Shown here: piece after piece, positions 11,871 to 23,415 of the stretch
How the letters are laid out: each line of letters opens with the position of its first letter
Numbering within the stretch: position 1 is the stretch's first letter
Assembly: GCA_951406725.2 (NCBI GenBank)
Contig: OX597830.1
Coordinates: 49,600,001 to 49,664,000 of the forward strand
Length of the DNA: 64,000 nt
Direction: 5' to 3'
DNA from: Octopus vulgaris
Taxonomy: Eukaryota
Notes under the pieces: model-generated
Database searches by the model: none
What the model saw: only the letters and a program-made list of their open reading frames with translations
What the model was told of the DNA's origin: nothing
Made by a program: the position numbers and the translations under genes

Positions 11871-14800
11871 ATGTTAATGGTACAGAGAATTCTAAAAGTC
11901 ACACAATGTCAATGATTGTATGTAAAGAGACACCGATAATGAAATATATACCAGTAATTCATTGTAAATTATTTTCTCGACCAATTAACAGAAGATTGCA
12001 GCGTGAGTTGACCTATAAATACTGCAAAAATATTTTATGCGACACATTCCCCGCCTTGTGACACTTTTCCGATCACCAGCTCTACCACCGATTTCCTGGG
12101 CCCATATAAAGATTTTGTTGCTAAAATGTATGTGCAATAAATTGGTTATATTTCTACAGTAAACAAGATATTAATTTTTTTTTATATAATTCATAAATAA
12201 GGTTTATTTATAAAAATACAGCAGGATTTTGTTTTTGTATATCCAACGAATGGTTATGGAGCTTCAGTTCAGTGGATTAAAACAGGAATCAAAGGGGGCC
12301 ATAGGAAAACAAAGGTTGAGAGCCACTGCTCTTGATGGTTGCTTAACTTGCTAGAACGAGCAGCCAAATCTTCCAAAAATCATAATAAGCAATCTTAAAA
12401 AAATGGACGTGTTAGATAAAGCGGTCCCGGGTTACCTGTGCATAGGGATAAGAGATCTACTCAGAGCTAACCATAACAACAACCCTTTGTTAGTCACTAA
12501 TAATAATAGTAATCTATATGTGATTAAGGAATACCACGTGATATATGAGCTTCTTACACTTGCGTCAATAATTAGTGTGCAATATTTCACACGAGGTGCA
12601 CAGCCATATACAGTTTAATGGTGGCCGAGGTGGAAGCGGTTGGTGTTGTTTATCAGTCCTAGTTAAGTAGGACTATCATCAAATGTACACCCGTCATGAC
12701 CATCTGGACGTTCTGTGAATACAGAACTACAGTCTCCAAGGTGTCCTTATTTTTTAAGTAATAAAACATGATTGGAGAAGGTTTTCGTTTGCTAGGTCAT
12801 TAGAGGCATGGGTTACGAAAACACTCAATAGAGCGACAGGAGGGGCCAGGGTTTTCTACGGTAGACATTCGTTAATTACTGTTTATGTGTGCACATTGAT
12901 ATTACTCGTTATAAACCAAGGGTACTTTGGTGTGTGATATTGCACAAGTAAATGAGTGCTATAACATTTATTCCTTTCACAACAGAAACGTAAATATACC
13001 GATTCCTTAACAGACACAGAAGTTAGTCAAATAGACGCCAGTACTCAACGGGGCCTTTATTTTATTGAGCTCCGAGAATGAAATAAAATTGATGCTGGCA
13101 GGATTTTAACTCAGAATATAAAAGAATTTAGTAACTAAATACCACAAAGCAAACACCTTAACGATTCTGTCAACGCACCACCTCTGGTGGGATTAAAATC
13201 TAATAGTAATGCTTATCAGTATACCAGAGAGCTTAATTATCTTGGCCTCAAGGGAGTGGAGACTGTGTTATAAAAATGCCCACACTACAGCAATGCCAAT
13301 ACTAAGCTATTGATCACTTTTGCAGGGGTTCGTAATGGCTCCTGATTTAGACAGCGAGTTCTGACCTTAAACCTTTGAGAATCGAACTAAACCATCCCCA
13401 ACGCAACATATTGTTTAATCGCAGGCACGTCTTGATCAAACAGATTTATGAACAGAAGTTTTCTTGTCTTTTACTAGGTATAATGTGTGTTAAACTTCCT
13501 TATCGAATGAGTACTCCTTTTTTCACGAATTCTAGCGTTAAATTTGAGAGATGATTGCCGGCTATTTCAAACATGTGAAGTGACGAGGTAGATTCGAAAA
13601 TCACTTATGTCTCTTAGTTTGGTACCTGTACAGTCTCAGTGAATTCCACTACGTATGAAATACGATTAGAGGTAGCGTATTAAAACATCAACAACCCAGA
13701 ATATACGTATCTAAGTGTAATTCACAACCGGAAAGAGGTCTGTGGGTTTCGAACAAATAACAATTTAGGGTACATATTTAGGGTAAAAGAAAGCTTCACT
13801 TCTAGGTCCCTATTCATTTACAGTTAACGTTTATATTTTGTATTAATTACAGTACTTTAAATACATGTGTAGATTTCATGTAGTTTATTTAAAGTAAAGT
13901 ATCGTGGTAGTCACAAAGAATATATGTGGAACAGATCGTCTATAGGACACTGGTTGATCAAAGCGGGCTCAAGCATTATTATATTGGCGAAGATTGAACT
14001 AATATCTGGCTACCTACATGGAATAAGTCTAGGGCTCTATTTCGGATGACCTGGAAATGCACAAAACAAATGGAACAGATTTAAAGGTGAGAATCTGTAG
14101 CAATTTTGAATTATATTTCATTTATAACAGAAAAAAAAACTAACATTCATTCCATGTCTTTGGAGTGTAACTTGAGGTGACCCCCAACAGAAAATAATGT
14201 TATTTATTAAACCCAAGTGAGCCCTTATTGAACATATTGCAGCCCTAGTTGAGCATATTGTTAATCCCAAAATAACCCTGATCGAGCATATTGTTGTGTA
14301 ACTCCAGGTGAGATTTGTTACAGCTTCTAAATTGTCAGAAGTATATTAATTCTCTCATAGATAAGATAGAAGAGAGCTGAAGTGGATTATATCAATCTTA
14401 ATGATTTATATCCCCACCCGCAAATAAGATGGAACTCAGAGCCAACAGAGACAAGATATCAAATCAGAAGGTACAGGAATGTCATTAAATGACGCCAAGC
14501 ACTTCATCGGTTGTTTTGCCGGTTTTCTTAAGCAAATCCTTAACCAAAAGTACTGATTTCTATTACTGACACAACATCACCATTATATTATTTTGCAATC
14601 TATAAAATGTCCTCCAGTTATTAACAGTAGTTATATTTTAGACACGAACGAAAATTAAAGAAAGTTAACCACTACGGGGTTTGAAATGATAAAAGCAAAT
14701 ACGTCACACTATATACGACAACATTCTTTGATCCTTCTATTTACTATTCTCAACTCAACAATAATAATAGAAAATATATTAAAATACGTCTTTTATTGTG

Positions 14801-15269
14801 GGATTTGAATTTATTTTGAGGATTACATGAACGTACAAGGAAACGGTAGTATCAGAGTGCCAAAACTAGTAATGTAACAAATAACATACCACACTAGATG
14901 AATGAGAGCAACAGGTGAAAAAAAAAACTACTAACTTCAACAGAAGCTGATATCTCTACAGACAGGTAACTGTTTACCTGGCTCACTCGCTGTTCTCTCT
15001 CTCTCTCCTTAAATCAACATCGTTTCGTAGCAATCGTTAAGCGTACAAACATCAAACACTTGTCGTTCAAACGTTATTCTATATACGTATAGGATGAATG
15101 TGTGTGTGTGTTATCTATCTATCTATCTATATATCATCTATCTATCTATCTATCTATCTATGTGTATGTGTGTTTATAGATGTATTTATATATAAATTTA
15201 TACATATATAATTACATGTTAATATTATGCCTATATATATACACATATATAATATGCGTGTATATTATA

Positions 15270-15321
<52 letters not shown>

Positions 15322-16354
15322 CATACATACGTACATACATATATACATATATACACGGGGAATTTGTATACCTGAATATGTATTGGTGTATTGGTGTAAT
15401 TATATAAATATGATACAAATACACATAATTAATAAAAGCTTGCTTATACATGTGTGTGTGTGTGTGTGTGTAAATTGTTACATCTTTATTTGAAATATAT
15501 GCATGTATTACTCAGCTTCCCATGTTTGTGTGTATATTGTCAATGTATGCATTCAAATGAATATACAATGAGTGTGTGTGCGTGTATGTGAACGTATCCG
15601 TATAGAGTGTCAACGCGTAAAATGTGAAATTATGCGACAAACTGGATCGTCATACGTGTCCGTTAAGAGGCGCTATGCGGTGTTTTTGTCGTTACACCTG
15701 TGATATCAACAGGTGAGTGTGTTTGGCTGATGAAGTTTATCACCACATCACTGATACTATCGCTGTCTCTACACTTTCACAGCATATTAATTCTCGGATG
15801 GTGACGGAATATTTTCTGTCGTCAGCTAGGAAGAGTTGTACAATTATAAGCGGGATAAAAGACAATATTTTTTTAGTGGGATTTCAAGTGAATAAGGATT
15901 GCTATGTATTCATAATATTAAAACACTCCCTATTGCGTCTCACACAAACGAATATTTTTTTTTATCTAGGTGCGACGTTAATTTTTTTCAAGTATTTAAA
16001 TGAGGGCAATGAAATTGCATTACTGGTACACATTTAAAGGACCTCGGTGAAATAAAGGGATGGAGTTCTCAGGTAATTGAACCCCAAGCCAACCTAAACG
16101 CTTCTATTGAGCCCGTCTTCGTTTGTAGTCATTTTAAATATAAATTAACGATTGCAAACCGTCAAAGTGTCGGTTTACCGGGTCCTTATAAACATCGAGT
16201 AATGTTTATATGTTTCTCAAAGTATGTAAATGAAATGGAATGAAAAAAAAAAATGGTTCCAAAAGGGAATCGAATCCGAATCAAGGACTAAAGTCTCCAG
16301 TTCCTTTCCTTTCCTTTACATTGATTCTCAAATAGCAATGCCAACAATGACTTC

Positions 16355-16510
16355 TTACATGACGTCACAATTTTTCACAGCTGACAAGGAAATAGGGAAT
16401 TGTAAAGTAATTTCAATCCCGATTGGAAAACGAAACCTTAGTGTGGGAACGGCTTTCTGGGAGATAAGGGTTTCTCCCCCCCACCCACCCTCTTTAAATA
16501 CTTATATACA
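16355..16510 (+). promoter_or_regulatory. Possible promoter-like motif cluster
   Basis: TGACGTCA 16360, GATTGG 16421, TGTGGGAA 16442, AGATAA 16462, CCCACCCACCC ~16480 and TTTAAATA 16493. Motif matches only. Confidence 0.3.
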
Positions 16511-17114
16511 GTAGATTCCAGCGACCGATCAGCGTTGGTGTCATTTTAAGGATTATTAAATTATGCAAAGTGAAACGCTGACAAATCTGGGCTGGAGATT
16601 TAGGTCATTGTAATTTCACTGAGTCTTCACAAAGGTAATGGGTATAGATAAAATACACTAGAGTCCATGTCTTTCTTCATTCGAGTTATCTACGTGGATG
16701 AAATAGGGTAACAGTGTCGAGGAGTGTAACTTGAGAGAAAATCGTCAGGCATAAAGATCCTTGCTTTTTTTCCCGATTTTAAGATTTCTATGGAGAGAGA
16801 TTCACAAGTTTTCAATTAGAGTTCAATTGATGACATTAACCCCAGTGCTAGAATTTTACTTAATTTCGTCTTCCATGGACAATAGGAAAGCGAGATTTGA
16901 ACTCAGATCCTTAGCTAAATACACTCAATGCATTATATTCTGTGCTCTACTGCTTCTGCCATAATATACGACTCTAATGTAGGCATTGTTAGAAATGAAA
17001 AGGAGAAACAATTCATACATACATAGATACATACATGGCAACCGGCACCCTCCTCATTGGAAGATTTATAATAATTAAAAAAATAGAAGAGACATACATA
17101 CACACATACCTATA

Positions 17115-17261
<147 letters not shown>

Positions 17262-17316
17262 CTATATATATATATATATATGGTTATCAGTAATATGGTT
17301 ATCAACTGGGATATCA

Positions 17317-17357
<41 letters not shown>

Positions 17358-17435
17358 ATCCATCCATCCATCCATCCGTCTGTCTGTCTGTCCATCTGTC
17401 TGTCTGTCTGTTGTCTGACTCTGTCTGTCTGTCTG

Positions 17436-17473
<38 letters not shown>

Positions 17474-19595
17474 TCTCCATATATATATATATATTGAAAG
17501 TTTAAAAAGATATATAGATCATGTCATAAGTCCTAGAGGTCATCATAATTAACACGACCGTGTTGCTGGATACTGGGTCTTTTGCGGTGGAGTGAGTCAC
17601 AAAACTAGAGACTAGATATTGCTTATGCCCCTTCAAATATACTCTTATTGCAAGGGACACACTTGGGATGGGGTGAGAGGTACAATATCGTATAACTATT
17701 TATTACTATTATTTAATATTTTTTGTTTTTACCGCAAGTGAAATTGCAAATGAAGTGTAAACCACTGAATGGTTATTTCCCTAAAGACAAATTGCAATAA
17801 ATTTCATTCCTTCTTTTAAAAAGGTTAGGGAGTCAGATGTTGGTGCAACTGCTTCTTGTATGTTAGCTGCAGATCTGTAATATCGAAACTGAGACTACCA
17901 GATATCACCTGTATGCTTGGGTGTGTGTATATATATATACACATACGATACCGACCACACATATACATATATATATATATATATATGCATACATATATAC
18001 ATACATATTATATATATACACGTAAGACACCCCCACACATATACATATATATATGCATACATATATACATACATATATACATATATATTATATATGTACA
18101 CGTACATAAATACACACACATACACATACACACATACCTGAAGACAAAATTGCTTGACACGCATCTTTAAATCACCTACATTTCTCTCTCACTTTCTCTG
18201 TAACTTACAAAGCACAATATTCGAACTTACCTGAGTTTCTTTAATTACAATCCAAACAACCGTTTCACTTCTCACGTAATAAAATAATTGCTTCACTTTG
18301 ATATCTGCAAATCATCGTTTGTATAAACGATGTATGTGTGTATATTTTATATGTATATAAAAATATTCTTGTATGTGAATGTGTGTATATCTATGTATAC
18401 ATCTACGTATGTGCATATGTATATAGGTGCGTCACAGTACAGGTGTGTCCAGGTGTGTATATAATATATGATGTTTTTGACTCTATGCAACCATATAAGT
18501 TCGTTTGAGTGTATAATATATAATTATACTGAAGGTGGTCTGTTAGTTAAACATTAATTAAAATTCAAAATAATTCCCCTAATTATTTGTTTTCTTTCGG
18601 CGTAAACTCGCCAGTTTCGTAATTATAATCTCACCTGTCAACCTGGCGGTATTTGATTAAAAGAAATTTTAATTATGATTAAGAATAACGTCTTATATTG
18701 TTATGGCCTCTATCCTATATTATTATTATTATTATTGTTGTTGTTGTTGTTGTTGTTGTTGTTATTTACTGTTGTTAATTTCACGTTCTTATTCTACCCT
18801 ACTCCTCGTTATTCAGGTATTTCGCCTTTGTACTGTTTTAACTTTTATTAGCCACAAGGGACAAGAAAGTTTATTTTAAAATGAATTAGTAGTAGTAGTA
18901 GTAGTAGTAGTAGTAGCAATAATTCTCGATGGTGTTGGTATTAGCAACAGTTTTGGAGTTTGTTGTTATTAGTAATGATAATACTCTTCGTAGTGGGTGT
19001 TGTTATTTAGCCCTAGGTAAGTCCTATAAGCTATGATCAAAGCTGTTTCAGAAATAGCTACCTATGCCTCGGGATTATTCGGTGCGCTGCGTCCTCCTAT
19101 ACATGAGGGGATTTCGCTGCTATTTCTTGCAGGTCGAGACACCTCGCAGAGGCTGTCTTGTTGACTATTCAGTGCTTAATGCTGGAGGAGATATTTATCA
19201 TTATTAGTAGTAGTAACGCTGACGTCTTCTAAGTTAAGAAAGAAGTAAATCCGAAGTACACAAACATAGAAATATATGTGAGTGTGTGTGCGCGCGTGTG
19301 TGTGAAAGAGTGAGATGTGTCTCTGGATCAGTGATGGACCCCTCTTTCACAGACCCACCACATACTACATTAATCTATCCTCGTGTATCTAGGCTAATAT
19401 TAACCAATATCGCCCTAGACATCAGCGTATTTCTATTTCTTTGTTGTCTTTCTTTTAATCAAAGCATAAATCCATAATCCCTCGCTTCCTTGTCCCCGTC
19501 CCCCTCCAATTTATTATTTCTCCCCCTATATTAAATATCTATATAGCTCGAGTTCTATTTTATGAATGCGTGTGTATGTGTATGTGTGTGTGTGT

Positions 19596-19626
<31 letters not shown>

Positions 19627-19832
19627 CACGGCTTAGTTTTTTCCCTTTAAGCGTGGTTTTAGTTTCCCCCCCTTTTTTAGTGTTGTTGTTTATGTTATTG
19701 CTGGAAAAGTTATTATTAGTGTTGTTAATGTGGTTGTTGATTCCCTATAATGTTGTTGTTGTTTATGTAAATGCAGTCCATTTCCGAATATAATTTCCAG
19801 ATTCTCCTTCCAGTTTATCCAGGTCTAACTCA

Positions 19833-20435
19833 TAGGTATATCACAGGTGTATCACAGGTGTAACTCTTGTGTAATAGCAAAATCACGGAAGATTGATATA
19901 AGATAGAAATGAATGCGATATTAGAATATCAAGGTAAATGTTTAAGTAGAATTATATGCTGGAGTGCCAGAATTTGATTTCTTTTCATTCTAACACAGGT
20001 GTAACACAGGTGTGTTAGTAAAACATGACAGGAAAGGACCATTGGGTGGGGGAGAATCGGTAAAAACTTTTGTTTTTAAATAATACAAAATTAAATAAGG
20101 ACCTGTTGTAGAATAAGGTAGGTATGTCTGCAACTACACAGGTTTTCTGCCTGTCCACTGAACTGAAAGTCTTTTCTCAGGTGAAATAGCAATTCTAGAG
20201 GGAGGAGGAGGGGGTGTTACAAAGAAAGAGGAGAAAGAAAACAGGTAAGGTATAGGCTTGCGTTTGTATTCTTCAGCCAGGTAAATGTATCTGCGACTGC
20301 GCCAGGTTTTATTGTTGTTTTCTCTCTGTCTCTCTCTCTTTCTCTCCTTCACTCTCTCCCTCCACTCTTTCTTTCTTTCTTTCTCTCTCTCTCTCTCTCT
20401 CTCTCTTTTTCTTGCTCTCTATCTATCTCCACCTG
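19833..20435. promoter_or_regulatory. Homotypic CAGGTG/CAGGTA (E2-box) cluster, candidate cis-regulatory module
   Basis: Sites at 19844, 19855, 19996, 20007, 20178, 20242, 20278 and 20430 (reverse). Two doublets have 11-bp spacing. The region is free of recognisable transposons. Confidence 0.45.
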
Positions 20436-20666
20436 TAAGCTTTTGACTGGATCGCTTCTTCCTGCATAACAGTAAACGTTTGTGCGCGTGTGCGCGCGTG
20501 TGTGTATGCGTGCGTGTTTATATGTGTGTGTGTGTGTGTGTGTGATGTGTATCAGTGTGTGTAAAACGCACGGTTACTAGTGGGCATGCATCGCTCCACC
20601 AGGCAAGCTGCTACTAGCCGTGTGACATCTTACTTCTCTGTGGAACCACTGAGACGTGTTATGCAC

Positions 20667-20706
<40 letters not shown>

Positions 20707-20725
20707 CTCTGTGTGTGCGTCTATA

Positions 20726-20769
<44 letters not shown>

Positions 20770-21174
20770 TCTGTGAAGTGAAACTACGAGAGAGAAGCTG
20801 TGTATATCAATGCCTGTGTGCGTGCATCTGTGTGTGGTAGGGAATATGTTTGTTACGGTGTAGAAACTACATTTGGTTCTGGACTAAATGCTATGCTCTG
20901 TCGCATGCAACACGTGTCTTGCAGCAACTGTGCAAAAGGTAGTGCGCGCATGTGTGAGTGCGTCATACGCTTGCGTGTGCGCGTTACGTCCTGTGTTTCG
21001 TTGCATTTTCTGTTTTCATTATAAATGTAGCTACGTATATAAGCATGTACGATTTTCATCTGTTTGATTATACACACACACACACACGCACACGCACACA
21101 CCTACACACACACACACATATATATATATATACATGAGTATGTATGTGTGTGTGTGCGTGTCTGTGTGTATGCA

Positions 21175-21228
<54 letters not shown>

Positions 21229-21414
21229 CACACTACACGCGCATACACATGTATGTGTGTTTTTATGCCAAATTGTATATAAAAAATAACTTGATATTAA
21301 GCGAGAAGGATAACTCAATATCTTCTAGTGGACTACATGTTTATTAAACTTTTACAAAGGAAAGGTTGATCGTGAATTCGAAGTTTCGGCTTATTCGCTT
21401 TTGTCACACACCGC

Positions 21415-21424
21415 ATATATACAT

Positions 21425-21474
<50 letters not shown>

Positions 21475-21609
21475 TCGTATAGATTTATATATGTACATAC
21501 ATAAATATATGTGTATATAGATATATATATATACATAAATATACATATACACATAAATATATGTAAATGTATAGACATATATACATATATATATATACAT
21601 GTACATATA

Positions 21610-21640
<31 letters not shown>

Positions 21641-21775
21641 GCACATTTATATATATATATATATATATATATACTTATATACAAATATTTATGTACATAT
21701 ATATGTATATGCATACATGTATATATATATGTATATACATATATATATATATACATATATATATATATGTATGCA
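21415..21775. repeat. Compound (TA)n/(TACA)n microsatellite, representative of dozens of (TA)n, (CA)n, (GA)n, (GATA)n and (TAA)n tracts in the window
   Basis: Directly visible. Other long tracts include 17110-17490, 28488-28630, 29140-29475, 36050-36154 and 61185-61320. Confidence 0.95.
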
Positions 21776-22138
21776 TCACATATATTCCTGTATATTTGAA
21801 ACCACGCTTTTTCCCAACTCGTGAGTAGACTTTTCCTTAACCACAAACTATTTTCATAATTTTCAAACGACCAAATATTTTCAAACACCTTCTGATAACT
21901 AAAGGATCACCCACACATTAAAAATTAGAAAAAGAGGGAAAAAAAAAAAGAAAAGAAAGATAAAATAACTACAAGCTCATAATTCAAATACAAACTTCTC
22001 AGTATTACAACAAACATTCTGTACAATCAATTCTACATACTTCTCCTTAAAAAAAAAAAAAAAAAATAATAATAATAATTAAAAGTAATCAACAAAACGA
22101 ACGAACAAAATAAAATTTAATAAAACATATCAACCAGA

Positions 22139-23377
22139 ATGGCTAGCCACCAAAAATCCAACAAAAACTGGTCTGATAATGAAGTCGACGTTCTTATCAA
22201 CACATGGCATGGCCTTACCGAAACAGAGAGCATAGGTGCTTCGTGTCTGAACGAAATTGCTAAACGAACAGTTCACCATTTGCAAACTCGATCTGAACAG
22301 CAGATCCAAAATAAATTAAAACAAATCGAAGTTGCTTTTAAATTAATAAATAAACACTTCGATAAACTGAGATGTGTTTTCTCTTCGAACGCATCACCGG
22401 CGCAACAACAACAACAACCTCAACAACAACAAACTCAGCGGCAACAACAACAACAACAACAGGTACAGCAACAACAACAACTTCAGCAGCAACAACCTCA
22501 GAGGCAACAACAACAACCTCAACAACAACAACAGGATGAACCACTCCTTGATTCATCTACAATGGCCGATTTGCTAAATGAAACGATTGACCCCCCAGTC
22601 ATCAGGGTCACACAGCAGGAAGCACCACCCCTTCCTTTCACTGCCCCAGCAGCTCAATCATCATCATTGTCAACACCATCTCCTCTGCTTACTACTACTA
22701 GTACTACTCCCACTATATATCGACAAACATCTTTGTCTTGGAATCGACCTCCTCAATCATTACCACCGTCAACATCTCTTCTACCTACTACTACTACTAC
22801 TACTACAGCTACTACTACAGCTACTACTACTAATGCTATCTCAAGGAATTTACCTCCTACAGGTCACAAAGGTCGCCAAAACTTCAAACTATCATCTACA
22901 CCTTTCACAGCTCACACACATACACGCACCTACACACCCACTCGAAACCCCATCATTTGCCGATATTCTCTTCGCCATAGACTGTGCACTGATAGAGACT
23001 GCAAATTCACCCATTTACCTGGAACAAAACGCTCTATCCCCACAAACTACAACAGCAACCACCATAATACAACATCACCACAACCACCAATATCTCAAAC
23101 AAGGAATCCCCAAATCTGCCGCTATTCCCAGCGAGACAGATTGTGTTTGCACAGGGATTGCCCCTTTACCCATCTCCCGGGGACTCGTCGGACATTTAAA
23201 GATAACCAATCACATAAAAATAGCCGCGGCCACAGTCACCTGCGGTTCCCTAGACAGGAAACCACCTCTTCTTCCTCTTTTTTAGCTATAATGAATCTAG
23301 CAAAAGAACTGGAAAAAAACATCCGAGCTATCACCCACCGCCATCCACCACTATTACCCCACTACACATGCCATTAA
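22139..23377 (+). CDS. LINE ORF1 (412 aa): Myb/SANT(trihelix)-like N-terminus, polyQ and T/P-rich linker, two C-x8-C-x4-C-x3-H zinc fingers
   Basis: ATG 22139 to TAA 23377, directly upstream of ORF2. WSDNEVDVLINTW...IAKR...RSEQQIQNKLK resembles Myb_DNA-bind_4/trihelix. Fingers are CRYSLRHRLCTDRDCKFTH and CRYSQRDRLCLHRDCPFTH. Confidence 0.85.
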   Translation: MASHQKSNKNWSDNEVDVLINTWHGLTETESIGASCLNEIAKRTVHHLQTRSEQQIQNKLKQIEVAFKLINKHFDKLRCVFSSNASPAQQQQQPQQQQTQRQQQQQQQVQQQQQLQQQQPQRQQQQPQQQQQDEPLLDSSTMADLLNETIDPPVIRVTQQEAPPLPFTAPAAQSSSLSTPSPLLTTTSTTPTIYRQTSLSWNRPPQSLPPSTSLLPTTTTTTTATTTATTTNAISRNLPPTGHKGRQNFKLSSTPFTAHTHTRTYTPTRNPIICRYSLRHRLCTDRDCKFTHLPGTKRSIPTNYNSNHHNTTSPQPPISQTRNPQICRYSQRDRLCLHRDCPFTHLPGTRRTFKDNQSHKNSRGHSHLRFPRQETTSSSSFLAIMNLAKELEKNIRAITHRHPPLLPHYTCH

Positions 23378-23415
23378 AAAGCAATCAAATAAACAAATCA
23401 CCAAAACAATTATAA

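Noticed and set aside
22578-23285. 235-aa overlapping ORF and several antisense ORFs within the LINE
   Set aside because: These are alternative-frame shadows of low-complexity ORF1 and of ORF2, with no recognisable motifs.
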